From Sporopachydermia quercuum (Eukaryota): DNA of 64,000 nucleotides. Below, piece by piece: positions 1 through 9,376 of this stretch. The notes below the pieces were generated by a model. It saw only the letters and a list, made by a program, of their open reading frames with translations, ran no database searches and was not told where the DNA came from. Every line of letters begins with the position of its first letter. Within the stretch, counting starts at the first letter, position 1. The position numbers and the translations under genes are program-made. Location of the stretch: contig BCGN01000010.1 in NCBI GenBank assembly GCA_001599295.1, positions 434,001 to 498,000 on the forward strand, written 5' to 3'.

Positions 1-7
1 TACTTTG

Positions 8-1090
8 TCATATGTATCTGGAATCGTCATATCTTCCATCATTCACGTTGCCACCATTCCGATGTACTATTTCGCCTGATGAATTCACTACATCACCGTT
101 AGGCATGTTCATATGCGGTGGGACTGGAGGAGCATCAGACAGACTTGTTCTTTCACCCTTCTTACCATTGTTGAAATATAATTTATAGACTGAATTCATT
201 CTATCCAATGCAGATTCATAACCATCATCATGTTCCCCATTCTCATCTCTAAGTCGTTCCTCTCTATTACTGAGATTTCTAGTCGGTCTTCTTGTTCCAT
301 TGTTCATAGAGAAGTTAAAATCATCGTTACCAAACTGATCTGGTGTCGGTTCTGGTTGTACTTCGTCATCATCAAAAGCGATTTCTTGCATTTCAATTTC
401 TTGGGTCGGTGATGGAATTTGAGTATTGTTTACAGGTGATCTCGTATTTGATTGACCTAATTTTTTCTCATGGTAATATGTGGAGCCGGACGAGTCTGAA
501 CTTGATGCAAAATGTTTCTCAGTGGTGTTCAAAGCTACAGTAGAGGGATTTTGAGGATGTTTTGCTGCGTTCGAGCCAGAAGTGTTATCGTCTAGCACAA
601 AACTGGTGCTCGTCGAATTTGAATGATAGTAAGGACCTGTATGCCCTCTTGGATGATATAGACTGTAAGCTGTTTCACACGGAGATGATGGTGCAACGCT
701 TCTAGAAAATGAATCTAGAGAATTTCTAGTTATTCCTTGAGATGGAATCATAAATGGTGCCTCGTAATATGATCGAACTTGAGCTCCATGGGGTAATTTC
801 TTCTCACTACGATATTGCTCACCATATGGTGGATATCCCATATCTATATCAGGTAGTTGTGTTTCTTCGTTATCAAAATCCAAATCTTCCTTCTCAGTTT
901 TCTTATTTCGAAGGAAATATTTTACATATAGAGTGACGAAAACAACAAGAATCAGACCAACTGGAATACCAATACTTAATCCAATGGCTAAAGCAGTTGT
1001 ATCAACGGGCTTTTCACATCTGCTCTTATCTTTAAACGAACAATCGTCTCGTGCTACTAGAGCAATAAGTTTCCTTAATTCGTCTGGCAT
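8..1090 (-). CDS. SKG6: Skg6/Tos2-like single-pass membrane protein (cell wall/polarity)
   Basis: N-terminal C..CEKPV followed by a TM helix (ALAIGLSIGIPVGLILVVFVTLY), a basic stop-transfer (RNKKTEKED) and a late RMNSVYKLYF motif, as I recall for the Skg6/Tos2 family; 360 aa. Confidence 0.6.
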   Translation of the reverse strand: MPDELRKLIALVARDDCSFKDKSRCEKPVDTTALAIGLSIGIPVGLILVVFVTLYVKYFLRNKKTEKEDLDFDNEETQLPDIDMGYPPYGEQYRSEKKLPHGAQVRSYYEAPFMIPSQGITRNSLDSFSRSVAPSSPCETAYSLYHPRGHTGPYYHSNSTSTSFVLDDNTSGSNAAKHPQNPSTVALNTTEKHFASSSDSSGSTYYHEKKLGQSNTRSPVNNTQIPSPTQEIEMQEIAFDDDEVQPEPTPDQFGNDDFNFSMNNGTRRPTRNLSNREERLRDENGEHDDGYESALDRMNSVYKLYFNNGKKGERTSLSDAPPVPPHMNMPNGDVVNSSGEIVHRNGGNVNDGRYDDSRYI

Positions 1091-2827
1091 TATGCTCTAT
1101 ACTTAATATTCTCTCTAGTCCTGCTGTTCTATCCTTCTGTACTAAACGCCGTGATCAAACTTAGACCAGCTAAAATATGATCACCAAACTGTAAAATGAA
1201 GTATAGATTTCGTGAAAATACTATCGTATAACCTGAAACCTGAAGATTCAAAAGATATCAAATGAAAGTAAGTAGATACTGTGAAATAGATATCTTGAAT
1301 GCCTGAGTGTTGTTCAACCACCCTTTATTCTTTCGTAATTGCTTCTCGCGTGAACCCTATGAGTGTCTTTTGTTGATCTCTCTCTTTTGATCGAATTGGC
1401 AATTTCCCCCTTCAGAATAACCAGTCACCAGTCTTCAAGAGCACCTAGAAATTAAAGACGATAGCTAAACATTTCAACACCTATTAACAGCTAATCATGG
1501 ATACAGTGTTGATAACGAAAAAGTGAGTTGAAAGGAATCTTTTATTTCCTTCAATTTTTAGTACTTTCTCTGGTTTCTTTTTCGTTTGCTCTGAATTCCA
1601 GACTCTTGAACGTTTCAGACCCTTATTAAAGTTAGCGTTTGTTGCCAAAAATAGTACTATTGACTAAATAGGTAAGCCTGAAATCGAGACGATTCAAAAA
1701 AGTTGTCGATAAATCTCATGAACATATTGATTTTATTGATGGATAAAGTAAGCTTTTCTGCATAATTGTTGGTAGAAAAAATTATCTAAATTGAAAGTAC
1801 TGAAAATGTTTTTAAATCCCCTCATTTGATTTATTAATTCGTTTTTTCTTCTCTATTATATTGCCTCATTCTTAGGCAGTGTCAATTGGAGAAAACATAA
1901 TCATGTCCATAACATTAACCTTTACTAAAGATTCTCTATATTTATTTAGTAGACTTTGTTCAGATCCTCAAACTCTATGCAAAGAGACGCATTGACATAC
2001 CGATCTATTTATTTATTCACCGAAAAGGAAACACTGCTTTAAGTATTCCCTCTTTGGTGGTAATAATATTTCAACACGAGAGTTAAAATTGATGTATGAC
2101 TTGCCAGAGACTGAAACAAATATGATTCTTCGTAGATGTCTTATAGAAAATCATTTGAGGAAACTGAAAGGAGATCTGTCGTTATCCGAATTGTGAGAAC
2201 TAGAATTAGGTAAATAAGTAATTTGCTTTCACTCAGAAACGTTTAAGACACCAACCTTATTTGCAAGTCGAGAAGCAATTTGAAAGATCGGTCAAAACAC
2301 GCGAGTGATTGAAATTGGCGTTTGGTGTTGGTATTGAGAATTTGGGTGAATGGACAAGACAACCCTGCGAATTAGGTAAGGTAATTAGTTGAAGCCTGAT
2401 TAGGCGATCACATATATATGAGAATCTTTAAGGTTGTGATAATCATTGTTTGGTAAGTTTCACTTCATAATTAAGAAAAACTAGGCCAACTTAGCTTTTT
2501 TATTGCAGTGGAGGAAGGAAAAGAAAGCGGTGAAGCTGTTCCATGAAACACGTACGGTCACCATTGATTTGATTCTCGTGAATTGAATTAAAATATGTAT
2601 ATGTTGGACCAGATGTTACTCCTTTAAACGCAAGAATTTATCGAATAGTAGAATGGCTTTTATTATGCAGTATATGCATAATAATAAGCATACCAACTAG
2701 CTTCCCTATTGATTGGACGCCAAAACACGTTAAGCACTTTAATCTTAGTTGCCGTATTCACCTTCACGTCTCGTTTCAAAGTGTAATTAATGATTATGTA
2801 ATGTACTATAAATCGTAAGCCAATTAG

Positions 2828-2883
2828 TTACCCGGATTGAAATTTTCCAAACTTCTTACCTCAACAGAAAAAAAGTATAAATA
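2828..2883 (+). promoter_or_regulatory. Probable U5 snRNA promoter: Reb1-type site TTACCCGG (2828-2835) and TATA box TATAAATA (2876-2883)
   Basis: Exact TTACCCG match and a TATA ~90 nt upstream of the U5 5' stem; function inferred. Confidence 0.5.
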
Positions 2884-2969
2884 TTGCCGTTATCCCAGTC
2901 AATTGATTTTCTTCTTACGTTTTTAATGCCCGACCCTGTGCAATGAAAGTTTCTCTTAGTTCATTAACG

Positions 2970-3075
2970 AATCAGAAGGTCTTCACCATATCGTACATGG
3001 TCCTTGCCTTTTACCAGAACCATCCGGGTGTAGCCTTCTTATGATTTTTGAACTAATTTTTGGATCATCCTTTTT
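2970..3075 (+). ncRNA. SNR7: U5 spliceosomal snRNA (ends approximate)
   Basis: Invariant loop 1 GCCTTTTAC (3006-3014) within ACATGGTCCTTGCCTTTTACCAGAACCATCCGGGTG, nearly identical to the yeast U5 core. Stems: AATCA/TGATT, GAAGGT/GCCTTC, CACC/GGTG. Sm site AATTTTTGG at 3055-3063. Confidence 0.93.
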
Positions 3076-3296
3076 TCATTTTTTCAGCTTTTGTTTTGAG
3101 GACAAGATATCAGTTGAAAATATGTGTAAAGGATTATTGGTATAACTGGGTTATAATTCAGCTCGGGAAAAGTTAGTGCAGTGAATTAAATATACAAGGT
3201 AATTTTTTCGTTCAGGATTTACTGCTAATGTTGATGAACAGTCATAAATATAGATGCAATGCGAGTTAATAAATATATGTACATGGTTGCTCGCTC

Positions 3297-4541
3297 TCAA
3301 TCTATCGAGATCTTCTTTTCTTTGCGTTTAAGTGGTTTGGAAACATCCAGTGTTGAATGCAAGTCAAATGAGAAATGATCTTTATGTTCTAGATAGTCCA
3401 AAATGGCTTGTTGAGATATACTTTCATCCTTCTTCAGATCCTTAGTACTGATGTTAGAATTCAATGGTCTCTGTTTCACTCCACATAATTCTTTCTTTTG
3501 GCTCAATTCTTGATTGTGGATTTCTTGTTTCAACTTCTCTTCGGCCAAATTAACCCTCAAAACACTTATCAAATCCAACAGGCAGCGAAATTCATCAGTC
3601 GATTCATTCAGTCTGATTATACGAAGGGACTTCAATGTGTCAGATAAGTCTAAAATTTCATTAGGAGCAAGCTTCGTTTGTATTTCTGCTGCTTCACAGA
3701 TTCCTTTGTTTTTCAGTTGTGTAGCAACGTCTGAATACTTATTTTGCTCTTCCACTAGTATCACTTTTGACCCTGCTTCATTGAAAAGTCTTGCTGTATC
3801 ATCATACTCTCTGGTTACGTAGTAGAGCTTGTCATCGAACTCTGATATATCTGCCTCGTTTTTATAGTACCTTTCATTAATTCTCTTTTTGAACAGCTCA
3901 ATGAAAAATGTAGTATTGAAATCAATATTGTCATGACAACTGCTAACATATGGCACGATAGCTGATGCAAACCGGGTTCCTAAATGTGCTTCGTTACTGT
4001 CTAACGATGAGGTTAACATACTTCTTACATATCTACAATCTATCGTCTTCAAGGTAGAAACGAAATGAAAGCCAAATCTATCTGTAACTATTCCGTACTT
4101 TATAGAGTGATCTCTAAGATACCTTACCACATTTTCTGCTTCTCTTGGAATCTCAAGGTTCTCAATTCTACCTAACTGACGACTGCATTCCTTGATAAAC
4201 TTTGTTTTTCCTGTTTTCGTTGCTTCAATCAGCTTCAACTTGAAAAGTTTTCCCAATGCGCTTTCGTATGGTGCTTGCAAAGTTTTGAAAAAATTCCTTT
4301 GAGTATTCAGCTGTTTGACAAATGTGTGATATAGCAGGGAAATGTTTGGTTGTCGCTTCGGAGAATGGCTGATATGCTTTCTTACCTGGTCTGCAAAAAT
4401 CAAACTCTCATCAATACTGCTTTTAACTAGATATCTATCGTCAAATGCAAAAATGGGGTAAAAATACCTTTCTAGTTCATTCCGCGTGGTGTCTTTGAGT
4501 CGAGTACCACTATTTCTGGTGAATATCGATAGTTGTTTCAT
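3297..4541 (-). CDS. Hypothetical protein, 414 aa; basic N-terminus may be a mitochondrial presequence
   Basis: Long ATG-initiated ORF; no motif recognised. Confidence 0.6.
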   Translation of the reverse strand: MKQLSIFTRNSGTRLKDTTRNELERYFYPIFAFDDRYLVKSSIDESLIFADQVRKHISHSPKRQPNISLLYHTFVKQLNTQRNFFKTLQAPYESALGKLFKLKLIEATKTGKTKFIKECSRQLGRIENLEIPREAENVVRYLRDHSIKYGIVTDRFGFHFVSTLKTIDCRYVRSMLTSSLDSNEAHLGTRFASAIVPYVSSCHDNIDFNTTFFIELFKKRINERYYKNEADISEFDDKLYYVTREYDDTARLFNEAGSKVILVEEQNKYSDVATQLKNKGICEAAEIQTKLAPNEILDLSDTLKSLRIIRLNESTDEFRCLLDLISVLRVNLAEEKLKQEIHNQELSQKKELCGVKQRPLNSNISTKDLKKDESISQQAILDYLEHKDHFSFDLHSTLDVSKPLKRKEKKISID

Positions 4542-5240
4542 AGTCTCTNAAGGGAGTAAATGACGAAAAGATAATGATACAAATCCTAGCGGTGTTCAGG
4601 AAATAACTAGAAAACATTTTTGTGAACTATTACAAAAACTTGCTTTGACACAAACTCTCAATACTTTCTCTTGACATGGTAACACCGTTTGTCATAGTGG
4701 CTGACCTTCTATGTTTGTTGTTCCTTTGTGGGAATATGAAACGAGATTTGATGTCAGAAAACTGAGGAATTTCGGAAATCATATGGACGTCCTGATGAAT
4801 AGTATATGTATACATATTGGATCATATTTCGCTAATTTAAAAAATTAAAAAGGTAAAAAAGATTAGCGATTGAATGGCCAAAGTAATCTATTATCAAANC
4901 ATTACTGAACTGATTGCGAAAGATTTCTTTTAAATATGAGAAAGCTTATGATCAATCGTCTTGTCTTATACATTAGCCTCATATCGGAGATTATACAAAA
5001 AATCGGAGACTGAATCTAAAAGCAATTTTCTCTTCCAAATCCTTCTTCTTCTATTTACTGCACCCAATCTATTATCTAATATTAATAAATGTATTTGACT
5101 TTATCTTCAAAGTTTACGAAATTACTTCCAACACCACAGCTGGTTGGGTACTGCAAGATTTGAGCTATTTGATGTTAGAATTAGATCCCTAGCTTTACAA
5201 AACAGAACTTGAATGCGTGTGTCATCACGGCGGTTTCATC

Positions 5241-6700
5241 ATGGCTCGGGATCCTTTGATTGGAATTGTTGGAAAACCATCCAGTGGTAAATCCACAACG
5301 TAAGTGCTTTCACAAGTATGCGTGTTTATTATTTAGTAAACACTTGAATCTTCTCTGAGATACAGTTATACTCTATCTTGCTAACACGAAGACTTATAGA
5401 TTGAACAGTAAGTACAAAAGTCTCCCATTTCACGTTATACAATTCATTACACGCAGACACACACATTTTGTTCAGCACGGTATCTCATTTGCTACTTTTT
5501 GAGAGAANCTAACCACCTCAAGGTTTAACTGATGCTTCTGCAAAAACAGGATCTTTTCCTTTCACAACAATTGACCCTAATAAGGCCACTGGGTATCTAC
5601 NGGTTGATTGTGCCTGTAGCAGATTTGGCAAGCAAAGCCAATGCAAACCAACTTACGGCTGGTGTAAAGATGGTCGACGATTTATTCCTATTATGTTGCT
5701 AGACGTTGCTGGATTGGTGCCCGGTGCTCACGAAGGTAGAGGTCTTGGAAATAAGTTCTTGGACGATTTAAGACAAGCAGATGCTCTTATTCACGTCGTT
5801 GATGTCAGTGGTACTACAGATGCTGAAGGTAAAGCTACCAGAGGTTATGATCCTTTGCAAGATGTTGAATGGCTTCAGGATGAGATTTTCCGATGGGTGG
5901 AAGGTAACTTGTTGGAAAAATGGGGCTCGATTGTTCGAAGACATACTGCTACTAAAAGCTCTGCTGTGGACACTTTACAGAATCAATTTTCAGGGTATGG
6001 AAGTACAGCCAATGTTGTAGCCAGAGCCCTGACAAGCTGTGGACAACTGCCGCCTTTGGAAAAATGGGATAAGGATACAATAGCAAAGGTAGTAAGAGCG
6101 TTTACTGCAGAAAAGTTTCCTACCGTTTTAGCATTAAACAAGATAGACCATCCGGACGCCGACAAAAATGTCACCAAAATTTTACGTAAATACCCTGACT
6201 CAAAAGCTGTTTTATGCTCTGCTATTACTGAGGTATTTCTTAGGAAGCTTGCTAAACAGGGTTTTATTCAGTATGAAGAAGGTACTGAATTTGTAGATAC
6301 CAACGATGATTTGCCTGGCGCAGACTTGAAACCTCTAGATGAGAAGCTGAGACAAAGAGTAGAGAACGTGCGAGATTTAGTGCTATATAGATTTGGTTCA
6401 ACAGGAGTTGTGCAAGTACTACAAGCAGCTGCAGAAGTGCTGCAATTGGTGCCAGTTTACCCTGTGAAGAACATACACAACTTCTCCAATTCCTTAGCTG
6501 GTTCAGGATCTTCCAGTGTATTCAGAGATTGCGTGCTTATGAAACGAGGAACTCCTGTTGGTGTCGCAGCTAAGCGTATTATTGGAGACGTTACGGTTGC
6601 TGCCATTGAAGGTGCAGGAGGTGTACGGGTTGGCGAAGACGATGTGATTGATATAGGAAAGAATGATATTCTGTCATTCAGAGTGGTTGCGGGTGGTTAG
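5241..6700 (+). CDS. YGR210C: OBG-family GTPase, YGR210C orthologue; exons 5241-5299, 5400-5407, 5523-6700 (414 aa)
   Basis: Spliced product [42 protein letters not shown]...[10 protein letters not shown]...NKID. Both introns have GTAAGT donors and CTAAC branch points. Confidence 0.92.
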
Positions 6701-6976
6701 AGTCTGATCTGGTAGAGTTAAAAGTGAGCTTGGATTTACATTATTCTCGTGTAGATATGTATATATAATATATAATATAGTATATTGTATGTTAATGTAG
6801 GGAAATTACACAACATATATGATTGTTCCTAGAAAAGTAGGAATTGGGGATTCATCTTGACTAATGCACCTAAGACACATTAAACAAAACATAGAAAAAA
6901 AATAAGGATATAATATAATACAGAATCTTGGTATTTGCCTAGGTTAATATAAACTCCAATCTGACAACTGGTTAAC

Positions 6977-6999
6977 AAGGGTTTAAGGGTTTAAGGGTT
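6977..6999. repeat. Short tandem repeat (AAGGGTTT)x~3
   Basis: aagggtttaagggtttaagggtt seen directly. Confidence 0.6.
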
Positions 7000-7134
7000 G
7001 TTGATGAGCAAACTTTTCTCAGTTGGTGAACCCCCGAAAGCCGAAAATAACCATGATTAGTAGTAGTGGTAGTAGTAGTAGTAGATAAACGATCTTGATA
7101 CACATCAGTAATAGTACTATAGGTAGAGTAGTAA

Positions 7135-7953
7135 TTACCATTCAGTATCCCCAGTACCTTTCAAGAAAACATAGTCTTTTCCGTTGATATTTGCAATTCC
7201 ATCCTTCAGGACACATTTCCACTTGGTTTTCACTCTTTGCACTTTTTCAAACAAACACAAGATCATCATTCCTTCGAACTCGTCAATCATCTTTGCACTG
7301 TCCAGGACATCGTCATCAGAATCGTCTAGATCACTATTGATCAGATCAGAATCATTCTCATCATTAAGTCCAAGACTCAAGGGAATTCCAAACTCGTCTA
7401 CCTCCTCGTCGTCTAAGCCATCTGCAGCGCCATCGGTCTGTAGCAGTCTGATATTGTCTATAGAAGCAGAGTTTGAATCTCCGTTTGTTGATGATGAATT
7501 ACCATAGGAAGGCAAATACAGCACATTCCCGTTTTGATTTCCCTGTGTTGATTGTTGTGGCGTAGAAGACAATCTATTGGCACCTCCAGTCGGTAGATAC
7601 AATCCATTAACTGGTACTTGAGAATCAGGCTCAGCTTTCACCTCAGCATTAGCATTCGATAGTATTGTTGCAGGATCAACTGTCGTTGGTGCTATTGTTC
7701 CTGCAGGAACAGTTGTGGCACCAGCTGTCGTAGCTTCATTTAATTGTTCTACTTGTATATATTCTTGTTTGGCCTTTACTTCATCCCATGGGAAATCTGC
7801 TACTTGGGATAACGACAGTTTCTCCTCCCATAGTCTCTTCAATTCTTGCAGCGTCAGTTCGTCAATACCGTTGTCTTCAAAGTATATTCTTGATTCGCTG
7901 ATGACATCATCAATGATAGCTTTGTAAACCTTTCCTACTTCTGCGTTCGACAT
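7135..7953 (-). CDS. TOA1: TFIIA large (alpha/beta) subunit
   Basis: MSNAEVGKVYKAIIDDVI...FEDNGIDE.TLQELKRLWEEKL; QTDG; INSDLDD; C-terminal LCLFEKVQRVKTKWKCVLKDG...EW. Confidence 0.95.
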   Translation of the reverse strand: MSNAEVGKVYKAIIDDVISESRIYFEDNGIDELTLQELKRLWEEKLSLSQVADFPWDEVKAKQEYIQVEQLNEATTAGATTVPAGTIAPTTVDPATILSNANAEVKAEPDSQVPVNGLYLPTGGANRLSSTPQQSTQGNQNGNVLYLPSYGNSSSTNGDSNSASIDNIRLLQTDGAADGLDDEEVDEFGIPLSLGLNDENDSDLINSDLDDSDDDVLDSAKMIDEFEGMMILCLFEKVQRVKTKWKCVLKDGIANINGKDYVFLKGTGDTEW

Positions 7954-8789
7954 TGTTTCTGACAGTTGTGAATAATGATTCTGGTGATCGTTTAGATAAT
8001 AGCTGATTGATTGATTAATGATGATGATTCTATCTACTAACTATATGATGAAATGTGCAGTGAATGTAGGGAATAATATATGATACAAATAGATTATACT
8101 GCAATTAGAGGGCCGCGCAATTGGACATGTATAGTGCAAATTAGTTATATCACCAAATAGCTGAGCGAACAAGATATATATTGCTGTTGCCTCTAGCTGT
8201 TGATCAACTATGTGGATAATGTTCTCCTGTTTAATGGCCTATTTTATTGTACAGTGCCCAGAGGGTTGTTATACTTGACGTGGTTTCTGTGGTTGCAAAT
8301 ACAGATTGGAGATCCTGAAAATTTTATGTTGTGACTTCTAACAGTGACAATTATGATGTGCAAAGTTCAATTATATTGCACAATAAGAGTCCTTTTAAGA
8401 CTCATTGATTTGTGTCAGATGAGAGTGAAGATGTATATTGTATTATGTAACGTGCCACAGATATTTGGAATATCATACAGATAGAATTAGAGGGTGGTTC
8501 TAGAGACTATCTGGTGTATGGGTGCAACATGTAAGTAGTATGCACTATGCATTCTATACATACTTATGCAGTGTTGACTTACTGGAGGGGAAACACTCAT
8601 TGGGTTCAGAAAACATGTTGTATGGTCTTCCAATGTGTTTGCTGAATACCATTTGCTCACATATTGTCTGACAGCTCTTTTTGCTACTCACTATGAGATA
8701 CCTCTTCCTCCATTCCTTGGTATCTCGTCTCTTGATACAGTGTGTGCACTTACTTATCCCATCTATGTCGTTAATTCTAATTGTATTGC

Positions 8790-8797
8790 TCACGTGA
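8790..8797. promoter_or_regulatory. E-box TCACGTGA (Cbf1-type) in the TOA1/CSC1 divergent intergenic region
   Basis: Exact palindrome; a similar TCACGTGAC lies at 57879-57887. Confidence 0.35.
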
Positions 8798-9376
8798 TGT
8801 AAGATANCGTCTCTTCCTGCCTAAATTCCTGCCACCTCCTTCTCCCGATAAGCATTAAAAAGTCATCTATACCTTGTACTTTTTATGCCAACTACTATTA
8901 CACGCCAAATACGTGGAAATGCTTGTTTGGTTTATCTGAATACAAGTTGCATATTATACTAACATAAAGCAGCATATCACCACTGCGAAGAAGGCAGATG
9001 TTGATTTTGGCTGCTAAAATAGGAAACTAATACAGCGCTTTCTGGACGCTACACTGAAACAGTACTCGATTTTCATTGTATCATTAAACTTCTTTAAATG
9101 CAATAGGGACAAAAGTATTCCTCATTAGTGAGATACCTGTATTGTTGAGAACTCTTGAGCTACTATTTGAACTGAATAGTGTTAGATAATCCGGAAGTTT
9201 GCAACCAATTTTAAGCTAATCGATCCTAATCGATCCTTTTGAGTCAACTACATGATTGTACCCCTTGAAACTTCAGCATTTCCAAGAGAAATATAACAGC
9301 GAGAACTACCGCACAGAGGCAGATAACTTGGACTAAGATTGAACCGACTTCAGTCTTCTAAATTCCTATTTTAGAG

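Noticed and set aside
7330..7350. CTG in Toa1 D-x-INSDLDD, where some fungi have Ala, hinting at CUG reassignment
   Set aside because: Variable position; several invariant Leu sites use CTG
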